DNA from: a virus
DNA: 64,000 nt
Virus record (IMG/VR): IMGVR_UViG_3300037225_000466
Span: 12,845-76,844 of that record
Direction: 5' to 3' (one strand)
Shown here in pieces: positions 23,853 to 34,083 of the stretch. The stretch's first letter is position 1, and each line of letters opens with the position of its first letter. Position numbers and translations under genes: made by a program. Under the pieces are notes generated by a model. The model did not search any database. It was not told where the DNA came from and worked only from the letters and a program-made list of their open reading frames with translations.

Positions 23853-26058
23853 ATTGTGGTATAAAGATAAATTGTCCCACAGACAAGCAAAAGACCCAGA
23901 AGTTATCTATTGGCATGAAAAAGCTATTCGATTAGACAAGGCTATTAAAGAGATAGAGAAATGGAAAAGTGATTTAATAAATAGAGAATATGTCCTACAA
24001 TTACTTGAGGGAGAACCAAGATGAGGGATAAAGAAATTGAATATAAGTTAGTTCAAATTTACAATAAAAATAAAGAAAAAGGCTCCAGACTTGACAATGC
24101 AATAGCAGAGATAAAAGAAGAATACAATGCAATGTATGATTCCGACATGCTTCATATAGACGGATATTTAAGAGGTCTTAATTTTGCACTTACACAACTT
24201 GAAGGGAAAACAAAATGAAAGAAACAGAATACCTAAAAGGTAGATATTTATTTCAAGAAAGACATTACCCTAAAAATCTTGTTGAACTTTATATTTTAGA
24301 AGTATCAAAAACATCTATAAAATATCAGTATTTATCAGGATTTACAGAATGGAGGAGCAAAGAAAGTTTTAATAGCAAATATGAATTACTTGAAAGGTTA
24401 TATTAAAATGACACAATATGAAACAGCCGATAACTCATTTGGAGTACCAAAGGGGACGAAATTAGTTTATAATTCAAAAGAATATTTATTTATTTTGTAT
24501 GATAAAAACGGACAATCTCTTATTATGATGTTTGACCCTTCAAAGTTTCCTAAATATTTCCGTCCCTGTAACTCTTCCATTATAGAAGAGATAATAGAGA
24601 AAATAGTAGAAATATCAAATCCTGTTGGTGCAGAATACGGGTTTGAAAAATCTGACAAACATAAAGAAGTATTAAGAACCATCCTACATTCCTACAAAGA
24701 TAAACTATTTACGGAACAAGATATAGAAAATTTTGCAAGAACTTTTTATAAAAAGGCAGAGTCTGACTATGATAAATCGAGTCAATTTATATCTCATTAT
24801 AGCGATACATTTGAACGCTCTTTAAAAAATTGTTTAGATAAATTCCTCTCTGAAAGAGGTAAGATATGATAGTGGTTTATTACAAAACACAAAAGACAGA
24901 GGGGTGGATTTATAGGTTTTCCAGAGTACCTTACGGCTGGCTTAAATTTACATTAGATATAAACAAAAGCAAGAAATTTAAAGATAAAGAGGACTTTATA
25001 GCCCAATTCAAAGCACAATATCCACGTTCAAGAATTAATAAATACTTTCATTACTTTGAAATTAATGAGGCATTTGAAAAATACAAGGAACTAATTAATG
25101 AAAGGAACGGTAATGAGTAAGATGAAAATAATAGAACGGCTTGAACAACTTGAAGATTACTTCTTTATGGAGAGGGAAGATAATTTAACAGAAAAACAAT
25201 TTAGAGAAGAATATCTGCGAAACTTTAACGATTTTGATGTTATAGTTCAGCAATTAAAATTAGACCCAAACTCCCATAAACAATTTATACCTAATCCTAA
25301 TAATCTTGTAAGAGGGGCAAAACATGAGTAAAAAGATATTAGAAATAAATAGTTGTATAGATTGTTGCCACTCTGACCTTGAAAAGGAGGATTGGTGCTG
25401 TCTTGTCGAAGCCGATATTGAAGATATTACTACTATCCCCGAATGGTGTCCCTTACCTTCCAACTATTGGACAGAGGAACGGATACTATTATTTACAGAA
25501 TTTGTTTATAAGAATAGCAAATTATTTAATCCTTTAACGGATACTTTTGAAGAACTTATTAAAGAATTTAAAGAGAAAGTATTTAAATAATAATTATTGG
25601 AGGAACGGTCATGAGTAAGCAAGATGATTATTTTATTAAAATAAGATTAGAGCAAATGGATAAGCATAGGTGGTGGTATAAAGTGTTTGACCGTGAGATT
25701 GAAGTAGAAGAAGGAATGAGGGATTCAAAGAAAAAAGCAATTAAACGTATAAATAATATTATTGAGAAATTGTTTTGGGGGAACGGTCATGAGTAAGATA
25801 AACGATTATGATAGTGGTCTATTAAATGACTTTGGTGGTGGTAATATTAGTTGGTGGCAAGATTACATTAGGAGTGAAGTTGGTAGGTGTAACGACTATT
25901 GGAGAAGCCAACTACCTTCCAACTATTGGACAGATGAAAGGATTTGGAAGTTCCACGACTTTGCAATTACTTATGATAGTCATACTATTCCTTTACTGTT
26001 TACAGAGGATGAAGCACGTCAAAGAATTATCAAAGAATTTAAGTCTAATAATTTATGA
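23839..26058 (+). other. Array of about 10 small hypothetical ORFs (23839, 24021, 24215, 24408, 24866, 25113, 25324, 25611, 25789) with internal paralogy
   Basis: ORF track; overlapping starts/stops; shared peptide and DNA motifs. Confidence 0.65.
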
Positions 26059-26083
26059 TAACAATTAAGAGGGAGAGACGGCA

Positions 26084-26866
26084 ATGATTCGAGGCTATCT
26101 CACTAATTTTAGCGGACCATACCAAGCCTTCCTTAATCGGTATTGGGCTGAGTATTCCAATACTTATGAGGTCGGGACTCAGTCATTCAGGTACTACCTC
26201 CAGACGAAAATCCTTAGTCCTTCGAGTAAGAACGCTGTTGCGATTGGTTTGGGGAGGTTTCTGCTTTGCCAGGGAATTCTTGACCATGAGGAATACAAGG
26301 ATATTGTGCGGAATTTTCCGCCAGCAAATAAAGTCCTCCCGCCTATTGACGACTGCTTCGCAGATATCCTGAAATATGTAAGGGTCGCAAATATCGGAGA
26401 ACTTTCGAGGGAGAGGAATACAGCTTTGCTTCTTTTGATGAGCAGGTCGAGATTTAAGCTCAGGAATTTATTGGACTTGAATTTTGAAGATGTAGAAATT
26501 AACGGGAGCATGAGGTTTTTAGGTGAGTCTCACGACTTGGGTTACTGTTGCGGCGGGTTCAGACTTGGGGATTCTCTTGAGGCTTACCTTGCACTAAGAA
26601 AGGGAACGTCATTCTGGGTAAATGTGTTTCAGGAGAGATTAGGATCGAGGTACGTGGGGAGGATTCTAAATGAAGCGGGGAGCGAAGTCGGAATAAAAGT
26701 AAAGCCCTACTCAGTTTATAGCTACTCAATACGGAATAGCATTAAAACAAACGGATTGCTTAGGACGAATAGATTGTTCGGGCATTCAAATATTAATTAC
26801 ACATCAAGATTTATGGAGGTTTTAACTGCTTATGAAAATCCAACAAAATCAAAAGAAATCGGTTAA
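26084..26866 (+). CDS. Tyrosine-recombinase-fold protein, apparently catalytically dead
   Basis: RNTALLLLMSRSRFKLRNLLDL; KPYSVYSY; LFGHSNINYTSRF. Confidence 0.7.
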   Translation: MIRGYLTNFSGPYQAFLNRYWAEYSNTYEVGTQSFRYYLQTKILSPSSKNAVAIGLGRFLLCQGILDHEEYKDIVRNFPPANKVLPPIDDCFADILKYVRVANIGELSRERNTALLLLMSRSRFKLRNLLDLNFEDVEINGSMRFLGESHDLGYCCGGFRLGDSLEAYLALRKGTSFWVNVFQERLGSRYVGRILNEAGSEVGIKVKPYSVYSYSIRNSIKTNGLLRTNRLFGHSNINYTSRFMEVLTAYENPTKSKEIG

Positions 26867-26872
26867 AATCAC

Positions 26873-26901
26873 TTGCTTTTTAACCAGAAATGTAGTATAT
26901 T
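26873..26901 (+). promoter_or_regulatory. Sigma70-like promoter
   Basis: TTGCTT-N17-TATATT. Confidence 0.45.
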
Positions 26902-26914
26902 TAAGGAGTGAGAT

Positions 26915-27073
26915 ATGAAAGTCATAAAGGTAACGAAAGAGTATTTTCAGACAGAGGACGAGAAGGTTTATTTCTTCGAGCCTTTGGAAAAAGAAATATC
27001 CGTTGAGGATATGCAGAAGATTGTGGATGCAAACGAGAAATTAGTTAAGGAGTTGAAAGATGCCAAAGATTGA
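26915..27073 (+). CDS. Small hypothetical protein MKVIKVTKEYFQTEDEKVYFFEPL...
   Basis: Own translation; AAGGAG RBS. Confidence 0.65.
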   Translation: MKVIKVTKEYFQTEDEKVYFFEPLEKEISVEDMQKIVDANEKLVKELKDAKD

Positions 27074-27209
27074 ACTGATACAGGGCAATTGCTTGGAGAA
27101 AATGAAGGATATTCAAGATGGGAGTGTGCAGTTGGTTTTTACCTCACCACCTTATAACATGAGAACAAGAATTAGAAATGGGAAATATACTACTAGAGAA
27201 AGGAGATAA
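27060..27209 (+). pseudogene. Truncated beta-class amino DNA methyltransferase (N-terminal 49 aa)
   Basis: MPKIELIQGNCLEKMKDIQDGSVQLVFTSPPYN then stop; AAGGAG RBS. Confidence 0.75.
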
Positions 27210-27383
27210 ATTATATGCCGTTCTTGTTTCTGATTTGTCAGTAGCGAAAGTAACTGTAATATCTGAAAAATGGGGCTTAGGAATCAGGGTGAGATTTGAA
27301 AATGGTATGTCGTTTTTCCTTAACCCCTACCATTTATTCAAATTTAAAAAAGAGGCACAAGAATATTTGAAAGGAATTAATCA

Positions 27384-27668
27384 ATGTTAAAGTTTGAAGA
27401 TGAATCCGCCTGCCGCCGTCTTGACGACAATGAGGGGTCGATGGGGCAGGACTTTCGCTGGCTCCTACGAGAAAAGAATTGTCGAGACAGAGTCTCAAAC
27501 TATGAAATATCGGAAGCTCTCAAAGAATATTGCGAATGGAGCGACTGGCGGAATTTCGCCGAGCTTGCCCAAAAAGAAGACATTACAGAAGCCGAGCGAG
27601 TGGAATTGAACGAAATGCTGGCTACTTATAAGAAACGGTTTTCTTGGCGTAAGTTCCTTGACTTTTAA
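27384..27668 (+). CDS. Hypothetical protein
   Basis: ORF track. Confidence 0.55.
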   Translation: MLKFEDESACRRLDDNEGSMGQDFRWLLREKNCRDRVSNYEISEALKEYCEWSDWRNFAELAQKEDITEAERVELNEMLATYKKRFSWRKFLDF

Positions 27669-27692
27669 GGTGCTGATTAGAGGAAAAAATAC

Positions 27693-27869
27693 TTGCATTA
27701 TATTAGAATATTCCGTAATTTTGCAGTGTAACAATTATTAGAAACTAAAGAGAGTATTCAAATGCAATTAAAAATTAATCAGACTGCCTGCAAATCCTGT
27801 CTCAATCGCTCTCTGCGTTGTTTCAATGATTGTTACAACAGGCAGTCTGAATATTTGAGGTGGATATGA
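27693..27869 (+). promoter_or_regulatory. Promoter plus structured leader 2 (uORF 27762-27869)
   Basis: TTGC...TAATTTTG; 12-bp stem 27779-27790/27839-27850; loop 27808-27837 complementary to 27727-27755. Confidence 0.7.
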
Positions 27870-28369
27870 GAACTCATAGAAAATGTGGCACAAAGATTTA
27901 TGTACTCTGGAAATCAATTAAACAAAGATGCTACTGTCCGTCGGCTTCGCCGTATAAATTTTATGGTGGTCGTGGTATAACTATGTATGAAAAATGGATT
28001 CATTCTTTTGAAACATTTTACGAGTTTGTTTCTAAGTTGCCGAATTTTGACGAAAGTCGATTAGGTGCACACGGGTTATCTTTAGATAGAATTGACAATG
28101 AGAGAGGATATTTCCCCGACAACATCCGATGGGTTACAATGTCAATACAATCACGAAATATAAGACTATCAAAAAGAAATACTACTGGCTATATAGGAGT
28201 TTCTATTAATAAAAAATGCCCTATAAGACCATACAAGGCGGCTATCAATCTTAAAGGGTACGCTGCATTGGGTCAATTTAAAACGGCAAAAGAAGCCGCA
28301 ATAGCCAGAGATAAATGTATTATTGATAATAATTTAGAAGGATTTAACTTACAAGTTTTAAAGAGGTAA
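27866..28369 (+). CDS. HNH homing-endonuclease-like protein with AP2 domain
   Basis: WKSIKQRCY, YGGRGI, SLDRIDNERGYFPDNIRW, NTTGYIGV, LGQFKTAKEAAIARD. Confidence 0.85.
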   Translation: MRTHRKCGTKIYVLWKSIKQRCYCPSASPYKFYGGRGITMYEKWIHSFETFYEFVSKLPNFDESRLGAHGLSLDRIDNERGYFPDNIRWVTMSIQSRNIRLSKRNTTGYIGVSINKKCPIRPYKAAINLKGYAALGQFKTAKEAAIARDKCIIDNNLEGFNLQVLKR

Positions 28370-28370
28370 T

Positions 28371-29324
28371 ATGAAAGTTTTTGTAGGATTAGAGCGTATC
28401 ACGTATCTTGATGAACGCTGGTATAAAAAAATTCTCAGTCGTCAAGAATATTTTGAGGCAATAAAGAATCCCTTAATTCAAGCGAATTTCAATCACGAGA
28501 TTGAAGGTGGGCGAGCTTCTTTTTTAGCCGCTTTCGATGCCACTCTTGACAAAGAATATGAAATACCTGAGTTCTTTGAGATTAATATGCAAAGCGTTAC
28601 ATCGTTTTTTGATGTTATCGCCAAAGGCAAACAATTTCTTGAATGGTATAGGAACACAAAGGACCCGCTTGCAATATTTGAGGAAGCGGGGCAACTTGGC
28701 ACAGATTTCCACGATATGATTTATCGTGTTTTTATGGGAGAAGAGGTTGAATTTATTGAAGGCGAATCCAATAGCGAGTTATGGATGAGATTTATGTTTT
28801 GGTGTGAATGGTGGAAAGAATTCACTTCTACTCATAAAATCGAGACCCTTGAAGTTGAAAAAAAGATTTACGACCTTGGAGGTCTCTATGGTGGCACTTT
28901 AGACTGGGTAGGCATGGTTGATTCGGTACTCACTGTTTGTGACTGGAAGAGTGGGTCGTTTGTCAATTATACTGCTGAAATGCAAGTAGCTGCTTACGCT
29001 AAGACAGTGGGTGCACAACAAGGCTTTATTGTCCAATGTAATCCGAGTCTGACGACGAAAAAGAAATATAAGGCAATCCCTCTTAGTCAATCAGACTTGG
29101 ATATTCGATACGAACAATTCAAAGTAACGCAAAAAATGTTTTGGATTAATAGTTACGAAGACATTAAAGGCGGCATAAAACCAAAATCTCCTAATTACCC
29201 TAAAAAGGTAAGTTTGGAAAGTATAAAAGAATGGGCTTATAGTGAACCGCCGCAAAAGAAAACAAAGAAAAAGCCTGCACCTATTGCAGGCCCAATTATT
29301 GAAGAAACTACTAATTTATTTTAA
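28371..29324 (+). CDS. PD-(D/E)XK exonuclease (RecB/Cas4-like)
   Basis: SVT, GTDFH, E...YGGTLD...VCDWKSG...QVAAY. Confidence 0.85.
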   Translation: MKVFVGLERITYLDERWYKKILSRQEYFEAIKNPLIQANFNHEIEGGRASFLAAFDATLDKEYEIPEFFEINMQSVTSFFDVIAKGKQFLEWYRNTKDPLAIFEEAGQLGTDFHDMIYRVFMGEEVEFIEGESNSELWMRFMFWCEWWKEFTSTHKIETLEVEKKIYDLGGLYGGTLDWVGMVDSVLTVCDWKSGSFVNYTAEMQVAAYAKTVGAQQGFIVQCNPSLTTKKKYKAIPLSQSDLDIRYEQFKVTQKMFWINSYEDIKGGIKPKSPNYPKKVSLESIKEWAYSEPPQKKTKKKPAPIAGPIIEETTNLF

Positions 29325-29334
29325 GGAGGATACA

Positions 29335-29991
29335 ATGGGTTACTCAAACACGCAAACTACCCGTAACTACTTCAAAATAAAATCAGGTTACGTGGTAACA
29401 ACAATTAAAGAAACAGATAAGGATAAGCCGAAATACGCAAGTCTTATCGAAACAGCCGCCAATGTTGAAACTTATCTCAATAAGAACGGCGAGAAAGTTG
29501 TAGATATTTGTTACAGGCAATTTGAGGGTTATTTACAAAACATCTCTTTGAATACCGAAGGGAAATTTGGAATTACTTGGCTTGTAGAATTTTTAGACGC
29601 ACCCGATATTTACACTTGGGAAATCCCCGTCGACAATATGACTTTTCAGTCTTTCGTTAACTGCCTCTTGTCTTGCGAGACGGATTTTGGCAAATTGAGA
29701 TTGAAACCTTGGCTCAGTCCAAAAACAGAAAGAACCAGTCTTTATATTGACAATGGTTCGGAGCCATTAAACTGGGCGGTCAAATACGAAGACTTGCCGC
29801 CAGTTAAACCGATGCTCAATGCCAAAGGTGAAGAAATTAAAGACGCTAAAGGCAATACAATTTACGATACTTCGGCGAGAATGGAGTGGCTTAAAAGTTC
29901 GGTTGCTATAATTCAAGAGAAATTGAAGCAGCTACAGGCTGTCGAACCGAACAGGCTTGGCGAAACAGAAGACGATTCGGTGCCATTCTGA
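29335..29991 (+). CDS. Putative single-stranded DNA-binding protein
   Basis: Acidic tail EDDSVPF; follows the exonuclease; AAGGAGG RBS. Confidence 0.6.
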   Translation: MGYSNTQTTRNYFKIKSGYVVTTIKETDKDKPKYASLIETAANVETYLNKNGEKVVDICYRQFEGYLQNISLNTEGKFGITWLVEFLDAPDIYTWEIPVDNMTFQSFVNCLLSCETDFGKLRLKPWLSPKTERTSLYIDNGSEPLNWAVKYEDLPPVKPMLNAKGEEIKDAKGNTIYDTSARMEWLKSSVAIIQEKLKQLQAVEPNRLGETEDDSVPF

Positions 29992-30332
29992 TGCGTATAA
30001 TTTATTTAGTCCACCCAATCAGCGGCGACCCTGCGAACATCGCCCACTTATTGGAAATAGTAAAGTGTATCAACTTGAAATACAAGGATATAGTCCCGTT
30101 CGCCTCCTACGTTGCCGACTGCCTTGCCCTTGACGACACAGACCCTGAGCAAAGAGCAAGGGGTCTGTGGAACGACAGGGAGCTTTTCGGGCGGAAGTTC
30201 ATTCAGGAAATCTGGGTACTTGGAGACACTATCACAAGTGGGATGAGTAGTGAAATTGCAAGGGCGGAAGTATTAGGAATTCCAGTGACTTACTGGAGCG
30301 AGCAGGATATTGAAAATTTATTAACAATATAA
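29991..30332 (+). CDS. Nucleoside 2-deoxyribosyltransferase-like (DUF4406-type) protein
   Basis: IYLVHPISG...EIWVLG..ITSGMSSEIARA..LGIPV. Confidence 0.7.
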   Translation: MRIIYLVHPISGDPANIAHLLEIVKCINLKYKDIVPFASYVADCLALDDTDPEQRARGLWNDRELFGRKFIQEIWVLGDTITSGMSSEIARAEVLGIPVTYWSEQDIENLLTI

Positions 30333-30344
30333 AGGATTTTAAAA

Positions 30345-30716
30345 ATGGAACAATCGATTAACGAACTATCAATTAATGGGAAAATCTATGTTCCCAAAGA
30401 TTCAATCCAAAACAAGGTAACTGATACAAGCGGGTTGCCTTATGTTATGTGTAGGACTCATACAGCCGGAGTTTTTGCAGGATATCTAAAAGAACGTAAT
30501 GGTAAAGAAGGTATTTTGTTAAATGCCCGTAGGATATGGTATTGGGACGGAGCGGCTTCATTATCTCAATTGGCTACCGAAGGAACAACTAATCCTTCAA
30601 ATTGTAAATTTCCATGTGAAGTAAGCGAAGTAACGTTAACAGAAATTATTGAAATTATACCAATTACAGAGGTAGCTAAAAAGAGTTTAGATAAGGTGCC
30701 AATATGGAAACAATAA
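30345..30716 (+). CDS. Conserved phage protein (DUF6948-like)
   Basis: VMCRTHTAGVFAG...ARRIWYWDGAASLSQLA; family name recalled, not searched. Confidence 0.75.
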   Translation: MEQSINELSINGKIYVPKDSIQNKVTDTSGLPYVMCRTHTAGVFAGYLKERNGKEGILLNARRIWYWDGAASLSQLATEGTTNPSNCKFPCEVSEVTLTEIIEIIPITEVAKKSLDKVPIWKQ

Positions 30717-30943
30717 AAGATGGCTCTGGCTCTGGCTCTGGCTCTGGCTATGGCTATGGCGATGGCTATGGCTATGGCTCTGGCTCTGGCTCTGACTCTG
30801 GCTCTGGCTATGGCTATGGCGATGGCTCTGGCTTTGGCTCTGGCTATGGCTCTGGCTATGGCGATAGCTCTGGCTATGGCTCTGGCGATGGCTCTGGCGA
30901 TGGCTATGGCTCTGGCGATGGCGATGGCTCTGGCTATGGCTAA
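30704..30943 (+). CDS. Gly-X (X=S/Y/D) repeat peptide, copy 1
   Basis: METIKDGSGSG...; hexamer repeats TGGCTC/TGGCTA/TGGCGA. Confidence 0.6.
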   Translation: METIKDGSGSGSGSGYGYGDGYGYGSGSGSDSGSGYGYGDGSGFGSGYGSGYGDSSGYGSGDGSGDGYGSGDGDGSGYG

Positions 30944-30983
30944 TATTGATTAAAAAATTTATTAACAATATAAAGGTGCCAAT

Positions 30984-31157
<174 letters not shown>

Positions 31158-31194
31158 TATTGATTAAAAAATTTATTAATATTATAGAGGAACT

Positions 31195-31566
31195 ATGAAA
31201 AAACTAATATTGTTTTTACTGTTAGGAGTGGTCGTAGGCGTGATGAGCACAATAATAGCATTTGAAGTTTCTATGCCAAAATCATTCTCTATAAAAACAA
31301 CTCCACGCCAAGAAAAATGGATTCTTCTTAGAAGTATGCCAGACGTTATACAACAAATAAGTACAAATAAAACCACATTCAATGACTATGTGTTGACTTA
31401 TGGTAATAAAGATTTAACTACTGAGCCTTCCATGCTTTCTTGGGGCGATACGATGGCTATAAATATTTATAGAGAGTATATTTCAGGGGACACAACTTAT
31501 ATCCGTAAAAGATATTTGCTGTGTGGGAAAAGCGACACAACTGAAATCATAGTGAGCACAAAATGA
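31195..31566 (+). CDS. Membrane-anchored hypothetical protein
   Basis: Hydrophobic N-terminus. Confidence 0.6.
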   Translation: MKKLILFLLLGVVVGVMSTIIAFEVSMPKSFSIKTTPRQEKWILLRSMPDVIQQISTNKTTFNDYVLTYGNKDLTTEPSMLSWGDTMAINIYREYISGDTTYIRKRYLLCGKSDTTEIIVSTK

Positions 31567-31757
31567 AAACAATACAAATTAAATTCACCGTTGAAGTCCC
31601 CAAAGAGACCACCGAAGAGGACTTGACCGCCTGGCTGAACTTCCACTTGGGGGTTAGCCCGAAAATACCTATGAAGAACACACTCTGGGAAAACGGCCTT
31701 AAAGTAATTAATTGGAAATATGAGAAAAAGAATATACAAGAAAACAACTTGGAATAA
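31563..31757 (+). CDS. Hypothetical protein
   Basis: ORF track. Confidence 0.55.
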   Translation: MKTIQIKFTVEVPKETTEEDLTAWLNFHLGVSPKIPMKNTLWENGLKVINWKYEKKNIQENNLE

Positions 31758-32250
31758 ACAACCAAAGAAAACAAGTGATCCTTTGGTTCGAGCTCTGGAA
31801 AAGCCAACTTGGGATATATTTTCCTTGGACATCCGACTGCGGGACTGTGATGAAGACGGGAACGGTTTTTGTGCGACCTGCGGGAAGCCTCTCTGGTGGT
31901 TCCATGCTGACGCTGGTCATTACGAGAACCGTGCCTGTAAGGCTATTAAATACGACAGATACAATGTAAATTTACAATGCAAATACGATAACGGTCTCCG
32001 TGAGGGCATGAAAGACCGCTACGCTAATTTTATAGAGAGGAAGTACGGGGTCGAGAAACGCCGTGAGCTTAATATGAAGGCTAAGTTACCACATAAGTTT
32101 ACGACTGGAGAGCTCATGGCGATCTTTAACACTTCTTATCGAAATGTACGAGACTCTAAATTCCCAGAAGCCCAAAAGAAAATTAAAAAAATACTCGCCG
32201 ACTATGCGAAATGTGGCGGGATTATCAACGAGGGATTAAGTATAAAATAG
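31720..32250 (+). CDS. NinG/Rap-like junction endonuclease
   Basis: FSLDIRLRD...CATCG...DAGHY...NVNLQC..DN. Confidence 0.85.
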   Translation: MRKRIYKKTTWNKQPKKTSDPLVRALEKPTWDIFSLDIRLRDCDEDGNGFCATCGKPLWWFHADAGHYENRACKAIKYDRYNVNLQCKYDNGLREGMKDRYANFIERKYGVEKRRELNMKAKLPHKFTTGELMAIFNTSYRNVRDSKFPEAQKKIKKILADYAKCGGIINEGLSIK

Positions 32251-32257
32251 GAGAGGA

Positions 32258-32677
32258 ATGAATATTAAGGTTAGAATCTGGGATAGTCATAAAAAATGTT
32301 TTTTATTAAGAGAAAAATATTTTATATACGGGTTGTCTTTAGACGGAGAATTGATAAAATGCCATGCTTCTGGTGATGAAGCGGGATTTGACTATTATGA
32401 CAACCCCAACATTGAAATTATGCAATGCACGGGTCTCGAAAGCCTCAACGGCAAAGGTAAAGAAATTTATAGACTGGACATACTCTCAAATAGTAGAAAG
32501 ACTGCCAATTTTATCGTCGACTGGGACGACCGCAAGGCTATGTTCAACGGATTCTACCTTAATGGCGACGGGACTTGGGACGATGCTTATGAAGGCAATT
32601 TATCAATGTTACAAGACCTTGAAGTAATTGGAAATTTTTTCGAAAACCCCGAACTTTTAAAGGATTCAGATGACTGA
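32258..32677 (+). CDS. YopX family protein
   Basis: IKVRIWD...MQCTGL...KEIY..DI...EVIGNFFENPELL. Confidence 0.85.
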   Translation: MNIKVRIWDSHKKCFLLREKYFIYGLSLDGELIKCHASGDEAGFDYYDNPNIEIMQCTGLESLNGKGKEIYRLDILSNSRKTANFIVDWDDRKAMFNGFYLNGDGTWDDAYEGNLSMLQDLEVIGNFFENPELLKDSDD

Positions 32678-32921
32678 CCGCACCCAATATTACGCAGACT
32701 ATTACAAAGGACATCAAGAAACAATCAAGCAAAAACGTCTCCAGCATAAAGACGAATTGTTTGAGTACATTGGCAAACAGGACTTCTCCAAATTGCCTAT
32801 TCGTAAAGCAATGTGGCTTGTTAAGGAATTTCGGAGAATCGCCGAAAAAGAAAGAATTAAAAAATCCAGTATGAAAGCATGGAAAGAATATTTTGATAAG
32901 AATAAAAGGAAAAGAAAATGA
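32670..32921 (+). CDS. Basic hypothetical protein
   Basis: ORF track. Confidence 0.55.
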   Translation: MTDRTQYYADYYKGHQETIKQKRLQHKDELFEYIGKQDFSKLPIRKAMWLVKEFRRIAEKERIKKSSMKAWKEYFDKNKRKRK

Positions 32922-33634
32922 ATTTCTTAGAAGAAAACATCGACAAGGTCTTATGTATGGACGCAGTTGAATGTATGAGGCTAATCCCTGATAAAACGGT
33001 AGATTTGATTTGTACGGATCCTCCGTATAGTATAAGTGATAAGGGAGGTAGTAAAAAGGTAAAAAATTACTCCATATTTAGAAACGATTGGGACAAAGAC
33101 TTCAATCCTCTTCCTTTCCTCGACGAGGCTTTTCGAATCATCAAGGACAACGGGCAGATAATTGTTATGTGCAATCGGAGTCTTTTGGGGACTTATCTCA
33201 GGTACAGAAAGGAACAGGACATTCTCCATTGGTATCATCCGACCAGAGTCCCAGCTTTTAGCAAAGTTTTTGCACCAACTATTGAATATGCAGTTTGGTG
33301 GACGAATCCTGATTATACGTTTAATAAAAAATATGCCAAAACTAATGTGTTTGATTATTTGAGACCGTACCAACTTAATCAGAAATATCCTCATCCAAGT
33401 CAGAAACCTACTCATTTAATTAAAAAGTGGATTCAGGTTTTAACGAATCCAGGGGATATGGTTATAGATTTTTTTGTCGGAAGTGGTACGACTGCTATTG
33501 CGGCTTTAGAGATGGACAGGCATTTTATAGTCAATGATATTAGTCCAGAGTATGCAGAAATGACAAAAAAAAGAGTTGCTTTACATCATAAAAAAATTTA
33601 CTATTTCAGCCCCTGTAAAACCAGTGCTTTGTAA
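32918..33634 (+). CDS. Orphan beta-class amino DNA methyltransferase
   Basis: TDPPY; HPSQKP; DFFVGSGTT. Confidence 0.92.
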   Translation: MNFLEENIDKVLCMDAVECMRLIPDKTVDLICTDPPYSISDKGGSKKVKNYSIFRNDWDKDFNPLPFLDEAFRIIKDNGQIIVMCNRSLLGTYLRYRKEQDILHWYHPTRVPAFSKVFAPTIEYAVWWTNPDYTFNKKYAKTNVFDYLRPYQLNQKYPHPSQKPTHLIKKWIQVLTNPGDMVIDFFVGSGTTAIAALEMDRHFIVNDISPEYAEMTKKRVALHHKKIYYFSPCKTSAL

Positions 33635-34083
33635 ATTATCAGCATAGTGAGAAAAGCCGTTCTGCTTGTGAAGTGGGAGCCGTGCTCTTTGTAGAGGTCG
33701 TTAAGTTGGACAAGTGCTTTGTAAGTAATATAAACATCTATAATTTCGGAAGCGGGGAGGCGATGATTGTTTTTCACGAATCCTTCATCTTTAGTCCAGT
33801 TGATTCCAGAACCGAGCCCCGTACTAAGTATTACATATTGGACAATTTCAGGCAGTTCGATTTCCATGCCATAATGCTTTAACCACCAATCGTGGATAAT
33901 GGCAATGTATTTGTTTGCACCTGGGTTAACCTGTACTTGTTTTGTCCTAAGAGTATCTGAATCTCTTTGAATATCTTTTTTCCATTTATTCCACCGTCCG
34001 TCCTTCTTTGGTTCTTGTTCTTTTGGGGGGCTCTTCTTTTTTGCTACTTTATATTCCTTGCCCTTATAAATACAGACTATCAT
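33601..34083 (-). CDS. Hypothetical protein
   Basis: ORF track. Confidence 0.6.
   Translation of the reverse strand: MIVCIYKGKEYKVAKKKSPPKEQEPKKDGRWNKWKKDIQRDSDTLRTKQVQVNPGANKYIAIIHDWWLKHYGMEIELPEIVQYVILSTGLGSGINWTKDEGFVKNNHRLPASEIIDVYITYKALVQLNDLYKEHGSHFTSRTAFLTMLIIYKALVLQGLK

Noticed and set aside
26084-26866. Active integrase with tRNA-like fragments as attP sites
   Set aside because: Catalytic residues are missing, and the fragments keep paired, covarying 5' acceptor strands, which att-site 3' duplications would not need.
30687-30968. SHSQ-repeat and MALALA-repeat ORFs
   Set aside because: Alternative frames of the stop-free hexamer repeat; only the METIKDG frame has an RBS and a duplicated start.
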